Positions 10,219 to 19,840 of a stretch of DNA of 64,000 nucleotides are shown one piece after another. The DNA is taken from positions 17,089-81,088 of the forward strand of contig JAZRVT010000005.1 of the NCBI GenBank assembly GCA_045599325.1. Direction: 5' to 3'. This DNA is from Bacteroidales bacterium. Lineage in GTDB: Bacteria > Bacteroidota > Bacteroidia > Bacteroidales > UBA932. The position numbers were made by a program, and so were the translations under genes. Every line of letters starts with the position of its first letter. Position 1 is the stretch's first letter. The notes below the pieces were generated by a model. That model made no database searches and had not been told where the DNA came from. It worked only from the letters and a program-made list of their open reading frames with translations.

Positions 10219-11294
10219 TTATGAAAAGACTCACTCTGATTCTGCTGGTACTCATTCCGGCAATGGCCTTCGCCCAGAAGGCTGACGAACTCGCCTACAC
10301 GGACGCCAGGGAACTTATGCTCCTCAACAAAGGCTTCGACAACACAGAACTCTACTACTCACGTCTTCCGCGAGATATGAAGAGCGTGACACGTGATGCA
10401 GTCTGGGAGCTCGGTCTCAACTCGGCAGGCCTCGCAGTCCGCTTCTGCACCGACAGCAAAACCCTTGCAGTCAAGTGGACACCTCTCTTCAACGGCGGAA
10501 TGAGCCATATGGCCGCAACCGGCGTCAAGGGCATAGACTTCTACTACCTCAACGAGAAAGGGGAATGGAGCTTCTTCTGCACCGCAAAACCTAACGGCAA
10601 GGATTCCAAGGCAGTCGTCATCCGCAATATGGACGGCAAGATGAGGGAATATCTGGCATACCTGCCTCTGTATGACGGTGTCGAGAGGGTCGCCTTCGGA
10701 GTGGATTCAAACGCAACCATCGGAATGCCTCGCAACAATGTCCTGATCAAGGGTGCCTCCAAGCCGATTGTATTCTACGGCACCAGCATCACACAGGGCG
10801 GATGCGCATCACGCCCGGGTATGCTCTTCACTTCGATCATCAGCCGCAGGCTCAACAAAGAGGTCATCAACCTCGGCTTCAGCGGCAACGCCAGGATGGA
10901 CAAGTCGATGGCCGACATAGTGGCAAGGGTCGATGCAGACACCTATGTGATCGACTGCCTGCCTAACTGCACCTCAAAGATCCTTCAGGACAGTGCCTAT
11001 GTCTTCCTCACAAAGCTTGCTACCGCACGGCCGGACTCGAAGATATATATGGTGGAGAGCTATGTCTACGGCTACGAATCACTCGACCTCAAGACAAAGG
11101 ATGACCAGGTGAAAGAGAATGCCACCTGGAATGAGATCTACAAGAGGCTCCGCAAGGAAGGCTACCGCAACTTCCGCTATGTCGAGCGCAGGAAGGTGAC
11201 AGAAAAAGATACGGAGGGCACCGTTGACGGCACCCACCGTACAGACCTCGGGTTCCAGAGGCTGGCAGACCTCTATCTGAAATTCCTCAAATAG
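10203..11294 (+). CDS. SGNH/GDSL-type hydrolase with N-terminal beta domain
   Basis: 363 aa with a signal peptide. SGNH blocks: FYGTSITQGG (Ser nucleophile), GFSGN, and C-terminal DGTHRTD (Asp/His). GIDFYY resembles the GxDLY N-terminal module. Alternative starts at 10215 or 10221. Confidence 0.8.
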   Translation: MDKDMIMKRLTLILLVLIPAMAFAQKADELAYTDARELMLLNKGFDNTELYYSRLPRDMKSVTRDAVWELGLNSAGLAVRFCTDSKTLAVKWTPLFNGGMSHMAATGVKGIDFYYLNEKGEWSFFCTAKPNGKDSKAVVIRNMDGKMREYLAYLPLYDGVERVAFGVDSNATIGMPRNNVLIKGASKPIVFYGTSITQGGCASRPGMLFTSIISRRLNKEVINLGFSGNARMDKSMADIVARVDADTYVIDCLPNCTSKILQDSAYVFLTKLATARPDSKIYMVESYVYGYESLDLKTKDDQVKENATWNEIYKRLRKEGYRNFRYVERRKVTEKDTEGTVDGTHRTDLGFQRLADLYLKFLK

Positions 11295-11305
11295 AGTGTT
11301 CAGCC

Positions 11306-11965
11306 CTATTTCTTGTGGATAATGATACGGAAGTTCTCGTCGGATGCGATGAGAACTTCTTTCATAAAGTCCTCGTCGATTGCGACGCATCCGAAAGTGT
11401 AAGGCAGCTTGCCCTTGCCGTGGAGAAAGATTGAGTTGCCGAGACCTACGACATTGTCCGGATTGTAGTCGATGTGCATTCCGTAGTTGTAGTCGGGCAC
11501 TATCTCGATCATATGCTCGCCGTGGCAGTTCTCGTGATGGACCACAGCGGTGTCGATGATCTGGTTGTAGTATTCGCAGGCACAGTCGCAGGCATAGGTC
11601 GACGGGGTCACATCGATGTACTTGATGGAAGTGCCCGGGTTCGGAAGGATGCCGTAGGCGCAGCGGATGCCGAAATCGCCCTCAGGGCTCATCATATCGC
11701 CCTCCTTAGTCTTGCCGAGGCCGTTCTGGCCCAGCTGCGCGTCGCTGCTGCGCACAAGGTTCCACTTGCCTTCTTCCTTTACATAGAAGTAAGCCTCAGC
11801 GTCGTATCCTTCAAGGCATTTGACAAGCATAATCTGGTTGACCGCCGGGTCAGCGGCATATTTGTCGAGTACAGAGGTCCAGTAAGCCTCGTTACCGCTC
11901 TTTGCGGTGCAGGATGAGAGGAGTGCCATAGAAGCAATCAGGAGAGAGTGGATTATCTTTTTCAT
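11306..11965 (-). CDS. L,D-transpeptidase-like lipoprotein (YkuD-fold)
   Basis: 219 aa. Lipobox LLSSC. C-terminal FLHGKGKLPYTFGCVAI resembles the His...Gly-Cys catalytic motif of L,D-transpeptidases. Confidence 0.6.
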   Translation of the reverse strand: MKKIIHSLLIASMALLSSCTAKSGNEAYWTSVLDKYAADPAVNQIMLVKCLEGYDAEAYFYVKEEGKWNLVRSSDAQLGQNGLGKTKEGDMMSPEGDFGIRCAYGILPNPGTSIKYIDVTPSTYACDCACEYYNQIIDTAVVHHENCHGEHMIEIVPDYNYGMHIDYNPDNVVGLGNSIFLHGKGKLPYTFGCVAIDEDFMKEVLIASDENFRIIIHKK

Positions 11966-11969
11966 AGTG

Positions 11970-12548
11970 TCAGGATTTCAAGTGCGGGCCCATTCCCGGG
12001 AATTCCATCTTCTGATAGCGGTAGCCCAGGGAGTGAAGCTGGATGGAGGCACCGATACGGTAGACCACCTGCACGGCACGGGCATATATGTAGTATGCAC
12101 GCGGGCTCTGAGGTTCGACGCCCTCGTGGCGGATGAAGGAGATGGCAGTGGAGGCAAGCCTGCTCAGGATATCGGCCCGTGACTGAGCCTCTTTTGAAGA
12201 GAGCGGATGGCCGAGGATGTCGCGGACGATGTGCTCGTCCATATCGTCAAAGCCGCGGCTGCCGAGGAAATCGCTGTAAGCAGCCTTCTGGTAGCGGCTG
12301 AAATCCTCGTCCCACAGCTTTGCGACACCCATTCCAAGGTAGCCCGCCCAGGCGACAGAGACCTCCGGGTATTCCGCAACCTCCTTGACGGCATCAGCGA
12401 AATAGCCGGGCGCCAGTTCCAGGAACTTCGCCTCGATGTCATCGTTCTGAAGCAGGGTGTCCCCCATCGCCTTCATCTGGAAGGCTCTCTTCATAAGTTC
12501 AGCCTGAAGCCGGGTTTCGAATTCGGATAGATATTTTTCGTCGTCCAT
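11970..12548 (-). CDS. hypothetical cytoplasmic protein, no domain recognised
   Basis: 192-aa ORF with no signal peptide. Gaps of 4 nt and 12 nt to its same-strand neighbours. Helical, acidic sequence. Confidence 0.6.
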   Translation of the reverse strand: MDDEKYLSEFETRLQAELMKRAFQMKAMGDTLLQNDDIEAKFLELAPGYFADAVKEVAEYPEVSVAWAGYLGMGVAKLWDEDFSRYQKAAYSDFLGSRGFDDMDEHIVRDILGHPLSSKEAQSRADILSRLASTAISFIRHEGVEPQSPRAYYIYARAVQVVYRIGASIQLHSLGYRYQKMEFPGMGPHLKS

Positions 12549-12560
12549 ACTGCAAAGATA

Positions 12561-13571
12561 TCAGAAATTTACCGGAAGTGCCAGCACTGGGCACTCCGCA
12601 GAGAAACTTTTGCCTGTATCGGAAGGCACGCCTGTCACAGGGTCGATGCTGAAGAGCTGTACCACATTGCTGTTCTTGCAGGGCACAATCATCTGCAGCC
12701 CGTCGGAAGAGACCGTGAAGTTGCGGCAGTGCTTTGCAGTGGCGCAGTCACCGGAGTGCGAAACCGACCCGTCGGCCGCCACTGTCATAGCGACGATCCT
12801 GTCCGCTCCGTTCCTGAGGGACGCGTAGAGGAACCGCCCGTCAGGACTGAGGCGGATGTCACCGCCGGCCTGCAGAGGTTCCCCGCAGTCACCGATACAG
12901 AGCCGCTGCAGCAGTTCCCCGTCACGGAAGACATAGAGCTCGCAGCTGATTTCAGTGAGGACATAGAGGCATCTGCCGTCAGAGCTCACGTCGCAGTGGC
13001 GCGGACCTGTGCCGGGTGCGGTCGGGAGGTCGGAAATGTGCTCCAGCACAAAACCGCCGTCAGCGCTGTCAGTTACAGAGAGCACGTGGACACAGTCGCC
13101 GCCGAGGTCCGGCGCGTAGAGCCTGTCTCCCAGAATCCTCAGCATATGGACGTGGGAGGAGCGCTGGCGCTCAGTCGCACCGCTGCAGTCGAAGCTGACC
13201 GTCTGCCTTGCAGGCAGTATCACTCCATCGGCCGTCACAGGGTAGACAGAGACGCTGCCGCCCGTATAGTCGCCGGTCAGCAGGCACCCCCTGTGCCAGA
13301 GAAGGTAGCAGGGGTCCGGTGCAACCTCCGCCAGCCGGCTGACCCTGGCATTGTCCGCCATCCTGAATGAGGTCAGCCCGGAGCGGTATCCCGATTCGGA
13401 AATGGCGAAGAAAAAGGCCCCGTCGCCCGAAATGGCGAGATAGGAACCGTTCTCAACGGAAATGGTGTCGCTTCCGAGCGTTTCGAAAGTGGCACCATTC
13501 ACGCTTATTCTGTAAATCCGTTCACCGTAGGAGCCGATGAACAGATCCATTGTTTTCCTTGTGGACGACAT
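12561..13571 (-). CDS. lactonase family protein, 7-bladed beta-propeller (6-phosphogluconolactonase-like)
   Basis: 336 aa. Repeated blade motif S-x-DG-x-x-L/Y (SGDGAFFF, SSDGRCLYV, SPDGRFLYA, SSDGLQMIV). Its ATG overlaps the pgk stop (TGATG). Confidence 0.75.
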   Translation of the reverse strand: MSSTRKTMDLFIGSYGERIYRISVNGATFETLGSDTISVENGSYLAISGDGAFFFAISESGYRSGLTSFRMADNARVSRLAEVAPDPCYLLWHRGCLLTGDYTGGSVSVYPVTADGVILPARQTVSFDCSGATERQRSSHVHMLRILGDRLYAPDLGGDCVHVLSVTDSADGGFVLEHISDLPTAPGTGPRHCDVSSDGRCLYVLTEISCELYVFRDGELLQRLCIGDCGEPLQAGGDIRLSPDGRFLYASLRNGADRIVAMTVAADGSVSHSGDCATAKHCRNFTVSSDGLQMIVPCKNSNVVQLFSIDPVTGVPSDTGKSFSAECPVLALPVNF

Positions 13572-14821
13572 CAGCCGCGGATTGCTGCGATGCCGGGAAG
13601 ATCCTTGCCTTCAATGGCCTCGAGCATTGCTCCGCCGCCTGTTGAGACATAGCTGACCTTGTCGGCATAGCCCATCTGTGAAACAGCTGCAACAGAGTCG
13701 CCGCCGCCGACGAGAGTGTAGGCGCCCTTCTCTGTAGCCTCAGCGAGAAGCTCTGCGATCTTGAGAGTGCCCTTTGCGAATGTCGGAAGCTCGAACACGC
13801 CGACAGGACCGTTCCAGAGGATAGTCTTAGAGTTCAGGATGATGTTCTTCCAGTTCTCGATGGACTTTGGACCTGCATCCATACCCTCCCAGCCGTCAGG
13901 GATATCGCAAGTAGGGACCTCCTGGACATTGGCATCATTGCTGAAGCTGTCAGCGACCCTTGTCTGGATGGAGAGAGAAAGGTTGACGCCCTTCTCCTCA
14001 GCGATCTTCATTATCTCCTGAGCATCAGGGATGAGCTCGTCCTCGTGGAGGGAATTTCCGATTTTACCGCCCTTTGCCTTGACGAATGTGTAGCCCATAC
14101 CGCCGCCGATGATGAGGTTGTCAACCTTGGTGACAAGGTTCTTGAGGACCTCGAGCTTTGAGGATACCTTTGAGCCGCCGATGATTGCGGTGAAAGGATG
14201 TTCAGCGTTCTTGAGCACATTGTCGATGGCCTTGATCTCGCCTTCCATCAGGTAGCCGAACATCTTGTCCTCAGGGAAATAGGCAGCGATGAGAGCTGTG
14301 GATGCGTGAGCGCGGTGCGCTGTGCCGAACGCATCGTTGATGTAGCAGTCAGCGTAGCTTGCGAGCTTCTTGGTGAACTCCTTCTGGCTTGCCTTGACCT
14401 CAGCCTTGGCTGCCTTCTTCTCCTCGTCGGAAGCATCTTCTGCGAGTCCGCGCGGTTTGCCTTCCTCCTCTGCGTAGAAACGGAGGTTCTCGAGCACGAG
14501 AACTTCGCCCGGCTTGAGGGCAGCCACCTCTGCGTCAGCCTTCTGGCAGTCAGGAGCGAACTTCACAGGGACTCCGAGATACTGCTCGACGCGTGCGAGG
14601 ATGTGCTTGAGGGAGAATTTCTCAGCCGGTCCCTTCGGACGGCCGAGGTGTGACATTATGATGAGCGAACCGCCGCCTGCGAGGACCTTCTTGAGGGTCG
14701 GGATGGCTGCGCGGATACGGGTGTCGTCGGTAATTTCGAACTGCTCGTTCAACGGGACGTTGAAGTCAACGCGTACAATGGCCTTCTTGCCACTGAAATC
14801 ATAGGAATCAATGTTTTTCAT
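13571..14821 (-). CDS. pgk: phosphoglycerate kinase
   Basis: Motifs [16 protein letters not shown] and the GGGDS region. Start set to the ATG at 14821 ([14 protein letters not shown]), because the longer ORF start at 14854 falls inside a -7 box. Confidence 0.95.
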   Translation of the reverse strand: MKNIDSYDFSGKKAIVRVDFNVPLNEQFEITDDTRIRAAIPTLKKVLAGGGSLIIMSHLGRPKGPAEKFSLKHILARVEQYLGVPVKFAPDCQKADAEVAALKPGEVLVLENLRFYAEEEGKPRGLAEDASDEEKKAAKAEVKASQKEFTKKLASYADCYINDAFGTAHRAHASTALIAAYFPEDKMFGYLMEGEIKAIDNVLKNAEHPFTAIIGGSKVSSKLEVLKNLVTKVDNLIIGGGMGYTFVKAKGGKIGNSLHEDELIPDAQEIMKIAEEKGVNLSLSIQTRVADSFSNDANVQEVPTCDIPDGWEGMDAGPKSIENWKNIILNSKTILWNGPVGVFELPTFAKGTLKIAELLAEATEKGAYTLVGGGDSVAAVSQMGYADKVSYVSTGGGAMLEAIEGKDLPGIAAIRG

Positions 14822-14851
14822 ATCTACTATAATGTACTCTTTCAAACGCGG

Positions 14852-14859
14852 CAAAATTA
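14852..14859 (-). promoter_or_regulatory. -7 promoter box TAATTTTG (minus strand) upstream of pgk
   Basis: Plus strand reads CAAAATTA. Exact TAnnTTTG on the minus strand, 30 nt upstream of the ATG at 14821. Confidence 0.45.
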
Positions 14860-14872
14860 AGAAAAATATCCA

Positions 14873-14880
14873 TACCTTTG
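14873..14880 (+). promoter_or_regulatory. -7 promoter box TACCTTTG upstream of the methyltransferase gene
   Basis: Exact TAnnTTTG, 6 nt before the ATG at 14887. Confidence 0.45.
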
Positions 14881-14886
14881 TAACTT

Positions 14887-15789
14887 ATGACAATAGAACA
14901 TCCGTCACCGTCCTGGAAGGACTACGAACTCATAGATTCAGGCGACTTCTCAAAGCTCGAGAGGTTCGGCAGATATGTGATGATCCGCCCGGAGCCGAAG
15001 GCTCTCTGGAAGAAATCGCTCAGCGACGCCGAATGGCTTTCGATGGCGCACACGGAATTCAAGCCGGGAGCCGGATTCGGCAAGGCCGGCAAGGAGGACA
15101 GCGGTTCCTGGACAATGCTCCACAAGATGCAGGAACAGTGGCAGATAGCATATCCGTCCGTGGGATTCAACCTCAGACTTGGCCTCACCAGCTTCAAGCA
15201 CGTGGGCGTATTCCCTGAGCAGGCCCCGAACTGGGACTTCATCTATAGGAATGTCCGGGAACTGGCCTCCACTCAGCAGGAGAAACCCAAAGTGCTCAAC
15301 CTCTTCGCCTACACCGGAGCGGCATCGCTGGCAGCCTGCAGGGCAGGTGCTGAAGTGACCCATCTCGACTCCGTGAAGCAGGTCGTCACCTGGGCCAGAG
15401 GCAATATGGAACTCAGTTCGCTCGACGGCATACGCTGGATTGTGGAGGACGCTCTCAAGTTCGCACGCCGCCAGGCGCGCCGCGGGACCCTCTACCAGGG
15501 AATCATCCTCGACCCGCCTGCATATGGTCACGGTCCGGACGGCGAGAAGTGGAAGCTGGACGAATGCCTCTATGAGATGCTCTCCGAATGCGCATCGATA
15601 CTCGCACCGAAGAGGAGTTTCCTCGTCCTCAACCTCTACTCCAACGGATATTCGGCAGTCCTCGCGGACACTCTCGTCAGGAGCGCGTTCGGCACCAAAT
15701 TTGAAAGCCTCGACTTCGGCGAACTCGTGCTCCGCGACCGCTTCGGCAAAGCACTGCCGCTCAGTGTATTTTCAAGATTAAGAAGATAA
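14887..15789 (+). CDS. class I SAM-dependent methyltransferase (RlmI/RlmK-like)
   Basis: 300 aa. VLNLFAYTGAASLAA (SAM motif I-like) and IILDPPAYG (motif IV). Confidence 0.85.
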   Translation: MTIEHPSPSWKDYELIDSGDFSKLERFGRYVMIRPEPKALWKKSLSDAEWLSMAHTEFKPGAGFGKAGKEDSGSWTMLHKMQEQWQIAYPSVGFNLRLGLTSFKHVGVFPEQAPNWDFIYRNVRELASTQQEKPKVLNLFAYTGAASLAACRAGAEVTHLDSVKQVVTWARGNMELSSLDGIRWIVEDALKFARRQARRGTLYQGIILDPPAYGHGPDGEKWKLDECLYEMLSECASILAPKRSFLVLNLYSNGYSAVLADTLVRSAFGTKFESLDFGELVLRDRFGKALPLSVFSRLRR

Positions 15790-15798
15790 AGCAAAAAT

Positions 15799-16677
15799 AT
15801 GACAGACCTCCTCTTTGTCCACTGGAACGTTGATCCTATCATTTTCCACATAGGCAGATTCTCCCTGAGATATTACTCCCTCCTCTTCGTCGCCGGATTC
15901 CCTCTCGGCTACTGGCTCTTCACAAAGTTCTTCAAGCGTGAAGGCGTCAAGGTCGAGCTTCTGGAGCCGCTTCTCTATGCGCTGCTGATCGGCACGATAG
16001 TGGGCGCACGCCTGGGCCACTGCCTCTTCTACCAGCCAAGCTACTATCTCGGCAGCTGGCAGGGCTTCCTGGAGATATTCCAGCCATGGAAGGGTGGCCT
16101 CGCCTCCCACGGAGGAGCGATAGGAGTCATCCTCGCGGTGTGGTGGTACTGCGCCCGCTACGGCAGGAAGAACGGATTCGATATGCTCTGGCTGCTCGAC
16201 AGGCTCGCCATAGCAGTCTGCTTCGCCGGCTGCTGCATCCGCCTCGGAAACCTTATGAACTCCGAAATCTACGGCTGCGAGACAAGCCTGCCGTGGGGAT
16301 TCATCTTCGAACGCCGCGGCGAGACCGTCCCGAAGCACCCTACCCAGATCTATGAGGCCCTCACTTATCTCATCCTCGGACTCATCCTCACCTTCGTCTA
16401 TTTCAAGAAACTCGACAAGGTCCACAAAGGGTGGTTCCTCGGTGTATTCTTCATCGGCTGCTTCGGAATGCGCTCCCTCATCGAGTTCATCAAGGAGGAC
16501 CAGGTCGACTTCGAGGCCGGTATGACTTTCAATATGGGCCAGTGGCTCAGCGTACCGTTCATCATCGCCGGCATATTCTTCCTTGTCAGGAGCATTGTGA
16601 AGAAAGAACCCGCACAGAGAATAGAACCGGAGAAGACACACTACTGCCCTCCAAAGAAAAACGCCGCGAAGTCTTGA
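15799..16677 (+). CDS. lgt: prolipoprotein diacylglyceryl transferase
   Basis: 292 aa, polytopic. GGLASHGG and RLGNLMNSEIYG motifs typical of Lgt. Confidence 0.92.
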   Translation: MTDLLFVHWNVDPIIFHIGRFSLRYYSLLFVAGFPLGYWLFTKFFKREGVKVELLEPLLYALLIGTIVGARLGHCLFYQPSYYLGSWQGFLEIFQPWKGGLASHGGAIGVILAVWWYCARYGRKNGFDMLWLLDRLAIAVCFAGCCIRLGNLMNSEIYGCETSLPWGFIFERRGETVPKHPTQIYEALTYLILGLILTFVYFKKLDKVHKGWFLGVFFIGCFGMRSLIEFIKEDQVDFEAGMTFNMGQWLSVPFIIAGIFFLVRSIVKKEPAQRIEPEKTHYCPPKKNAAKS

Positions 16678-16690
16678 CCATCAAGCAGAG

Positions 16691-19624
16691 ATGAAATCAT
16701 TGAGAAACATAGCGGTCGTCTTTGCGGTCTCACTGCTGGCAGTTTCTGCGCACTCCCAGGTAAGGGTGATAAGTGCCGCCTCCTTCAGCAACCAGACCAC
16801 CATAGTCAGCCTGAAGGTGGTGGACTCGCTCACCAATGACCCGATCAGCTATGTATCCGTCTATCTCGTCCCCGTCAAGGACACCATAATCACCAATTTC
16901 GCCATAACCGACTCCACAGGTTCCGCATTGATGCGCGACGTGGCGGTCGGCGGCTACAAGGTCAATGCCGAACTCATCGGCTACAAACCTTACTGCAAGG
17001 AGATTTACTTCAGGAACTGGCGCGAGGACCTCGGTACGATAAAGCTCCAGGAGGATATCGAATGGCTCAATGCCGCCAAGATCGTTGCGGCGGGCAATCC
17101 GGTGGAGGTCAAGGGTGACACCATAGTCTTCAACGCCGCGATGTTCAAGGTCGGCGAGAACTCGATGCTCGAGGACATGCTCAAGAAGATGCCGGGGTTC
17201 GAGGTCAGTTCGGACGGCAAGGTCAAGCTCAACGGTGAATCAATCGAGAAGATAACCGTGGGTGGCAGGACCTTCTTCTTCGACGACCCTTCGGTCGCCG
17301 TCAAGAACCTGCCGGCAAAGATTGTGGACAAGGTGAAGGTCATCGACCAGGAGGGACGCGACGCAAGGATCACCGGTATCGAGGGAGAACGGAAAAAAGT
17401 TATGGACCTCGACCTCAAGGAGGAGTACAAGAAGGGATTCTTCGGCAACATCGCCCTGAATGCCGGCACCTCCATAGTGCCTGACGACCCAGACGGGAAA
17501 GCGCTTGTCGAGGGCAGGGACCTGCTCTTCAACGGCAACCTGCTCGCTTCCCGATATACTGAAAAGGACCAGCTGACATTCTTCGCGGAGGGCTCGAACG
17601 TGGATGTGGACGGGCTCTATTTCGTCTCCTACAGCAGCAGTGATGACATACTCCCGACTGAGCCGGGCCTCACCACTTCAGGCAGCGCCGGCCTCAACTG
17701 GTCCAACACCGGGATGAAGAACTTCGAGACGGCGGCCATGGCCAAATACAGCAACAGCGAGACTGACTCCAGGTCAAGGAAATCCCGCACGACGCTTCTC
17801 CAGGGAAATGTCCCGGACATCCGCACCGACTCCGAATCCCAGTCCCTCAACAGCAAGGAGCAGGTCGGGATTCAGTTCGAGCTGAAGGACAGCGAGGCGA
17901 AGAAGAAGGACTGGTATCTCGACTTCAGCCCTTCGGTCACCTTCAACAGGAGCAAGGGACGTTCCGAGCGCACCTCAGCCACTCAGTCGGCCGCAGGTGA
18001 GCTGATCAACGACTCCTACTCCCTCTCAGGGTCGCATTCAAACGCATTCTCCACTTCAGCGAATCTCAGCGGAGGAATCAGCAAGCTCGGAAAGAACAAA
18101 GGCAACAGCCTTTCATTCCGCGCAGGCTACTCATTCTCGGACTCCGAATCCTACAGCAGCGAATACACAAGGCTGGAATATGGCAGCGGCCTCTCCGACA
18201 TCAAGGATATGTCGTATGACGGGAACTCCAGAAGCTTCTCTCTCAACGGAATGCTCAACTATGTCCAGAGACTGTCAGAGAAGTCAAGGCTCTCTGCTGT
18301 CGGTTCATACAATTTCAGCAGGAGCGGCTCGGAAAGGGATGCTTTCGACCTTCCTGAAGGGGCAGGCCAGCCCATTCCGAATGAATATTACTCCTCATTC
18401 TCCAACACCACCTACAACCGCGCCAACTTAAGGCTGCTCTACCAATATCACAAAGATGCGCATAACATACAGGCTGGTTTCAGAGGTGAGGCGATGAAGA
18501 AGGTCACCACAGCCCGCTCGCTCGGAGTGACCACCACCAGCGGCGCCGACGAAATCCTCTGGAACTGGTCGCCGAGCCTGAACTACTCCTACCGCAAAGG
18601 CCAGAACAACTTCCGCGCAGCATATAACGGCAGCACCACTCAGCCGAACCAGTCCAGAATCCTTCCTGTCCTGAACATCGGCGACAGGACGAACATCTCG
18701 GCAGGCAACATCTACCTCAAGCCGTCCATCTCCCACTCCCTGGGATTCAGCGCCTTCGGTTCCAACAAGGAAAGTTACTCGAGTTGGAATATCTCTCTGC
18801 AGGGAGGGCTCAACCAGCGCCAGTTCGTCACTGCAAGCTGGATGGACGAGAAGGGGGTCAGGAACTCGTTCCAGGTAAACTCCGCGAAACCATCCTCAAA
18901 CATAATGCTTTACAGCGTCTGGAGCTCAAGCTTCGGAAAGGACAAGCAGTTCACCTTCGGCATCAGCCCGCACGTCAACTGGAACTCCGCTGTCAGCTAT
19001 CAGGCACAGGGACGCCTCAAGGGGTTTGACGTCGACAACTTCGACTACACCAGTTTCATCCGCGAGTTCTGGGGAAGCACCGACGAGGGCGAGAACTTCT
19101 ACAGCGGCAAGAGCGGCTTCAGGGAGAGCAGGACCCGCAGTGTCTATATTTCTTCGTCAGTCTATTTCGCTTACAAGAGTGACGGTCTCTCATTCACTCT
19201 GTCAGAGAGCCCTTCCTGGAGAATCAGCCGGTACTCTGTCGACCCGACAGCGAACCTCAATGTCTTCGACAACAGCATCTCGCTCAGCGCAGAATACTAT
19301 ACCCCGGGCCAATGGGAGTTCGACAACTACCTCGCATACTCCACCCACCACGGCTACAGCGACGGCTACGGCGACCCTGTCCTCACCTGGAACTTCAATG
19401 TCAGCAAGAGCGTGAAGGCCTTCACCTTCTCCTTCAGCATCAACGACATCCTGAACCAGAGAACCAGCCTCTCCCGCACCGTCCAGGAAGACTTTGTAGA
19501 AGACTCCTACCATAACATCCTTGGCCGCTACTTCCTCTTCGGAATCAAGTGGAACTTCGGCAAGATGAACGCCGCACAAGGAAGAAAGGCCCAGGGTGTC
19601 CAGTTCGATATGATGAACCTTTGA
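16691..19624 (+). CDS. TonB-dependent-receptor-like outer membrane beta-barrel family protein (no SusD partner)
   Basis: 977 aa. Signal peptide, carboxypeptidase-regulatory-like N-domain (VVDSLTNDPISYVSVYLV), plug-like region, and a long Ser/Asn/Tyr-rich barrel ending ...FGIKWNFG. Confidence 0.85.
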   Translation: MKSLRNIAVVFAVSLLAVSAHSQVRVISAASFSNQTTIVSLKVVDSLTNDPISYVSVYLVPVKDTIITNFAITDSTGSALMRDVAVGGYKVNAELIGYKPYCKEIYFRNWREDLGTIKLQEDIEWLNAAKIVAAGNPVEVKGDTIVFNAAMFKVGENSMLEDMLKKMPGFEVSSDGKVKLNGESIEKITVGGRTFFFDDPSVAVKNLPAKIVDKVKVIDQEGRDARITGIEGERKKVMDLDLKEEYKKGFFGNIALNAGTSIVPDDPDGKALVEGRDLLFNGNLLASRYTEKDQLTFFAEGSNVDVDGLYFVSYSSSDDILPTEPGLTTSGSAGLNWSNTGMKNFETAAMAKYSNSETDSRSRKSRTTLLQGNVPDIRTDSESQSLNSKEQVGIQFELKDSEAKKKDWYLDFSPSVTFNRSKGRSERTSATQSAAGELINDSYSLSGSHSNAFSTSANLSGGISKLGKNKGNSLSFRAGYSFSDSESYSSEYTRLEYGSGLSDIKDMSYDGNSRSFSLNGMLNYVQRLSEKSRLSAVGSYNFSRSGSERDAFDLPEGAGQPIPNEYYSSFSNTTYNRANLRLLYQYHKDAHNIQAGFRGEAMKKVTTARSLGVTTTSGADEILWNWSPSLNYSYRKGQNNFRAAYNGSTTQPNQSRILPVLNIGDRTNISAGNIYLKPSISHSLGFSAFGSNKESYSSWNISLQGGLNQRQFVTASWMDEKGVRNSFQVNSAKPSSNIMLYSVWSSSFGKDKQFTFGISPHVNWNSAVSYQAQGRLKGFDVDNFDYTSFIREFWGSTDEGENFYSGKSGFRESRTRSVYISSSVYFAYKSDGLSFTLSESPSWRISRYSVDPTANLNVFDNSISLSAEYYTPGQWEFDNYLAYSTHHGYSDGYGDPVLTWNFNVSKSVKAFTFSFSINDILNQRTSLSRTVQEDFVEDSYHNILGRYFLFGIKWNFGKMNAAQGRKAQGVQFDMMNL

Positions 19625-19665
19625 TCCTTGGGCCTTCCGCCTCTGTCTGCCGGTTTTCCGGCCTG

Positions 19666-19830
19666 CTATTCCTGCTTCGGCTTTCTCCCGGCACGGCGGA
19701 GAGCGTCGTCGATGATCCACTGCAGCTGCCCGTTGGTGCTGCGGAACTCATCCGCCGCCCACTTCTCGATGGCCTCCATCGTGCGGGCGTCCACTCTCAG
19801 AATGAAATTCTTTGTGCCTTCCTTAGCCAT
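19666..19830 (-). CDS. Arc-like ribbon-helix-helix DNA-binding protein (54 aa; below the ORF-track length cutoff)
   Basis: Hand translation: MAKEGTKNFILRVDARTMEAIEKWAADEFRSTNGQLQWIIDDALRRAGRKPKQE*. Beta-strand (FILRV), helix A, R-S-x-N turn and helix B follow the P22 Arc/RHH pattern. Starts 10 nt after the SPFH stop on the same strand. Confidence 0.75.
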   Translation of the reverse strand: MAKEGTKNFILRVDARTMEAIEKWAADEFRSTNGQLQWIIDDALRRAGRKPKQE

Positions 19831-19840
19831 AGGATGACTG

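Noticed and set aside
15778-16641. 287-aa ORF antisense to lgt
   Set aside because: Lgt motifs are on the plus strand. The antisense product is an acidic low-complexity sequence.
19628-19837. 69-aa plus-strand ORF after the OM barrel gene
   Set aside because: The opposite strand encodes a convincing Arc-like RHH protein. The plus-strand product is Cys/Ser/Phe-rich with no features.
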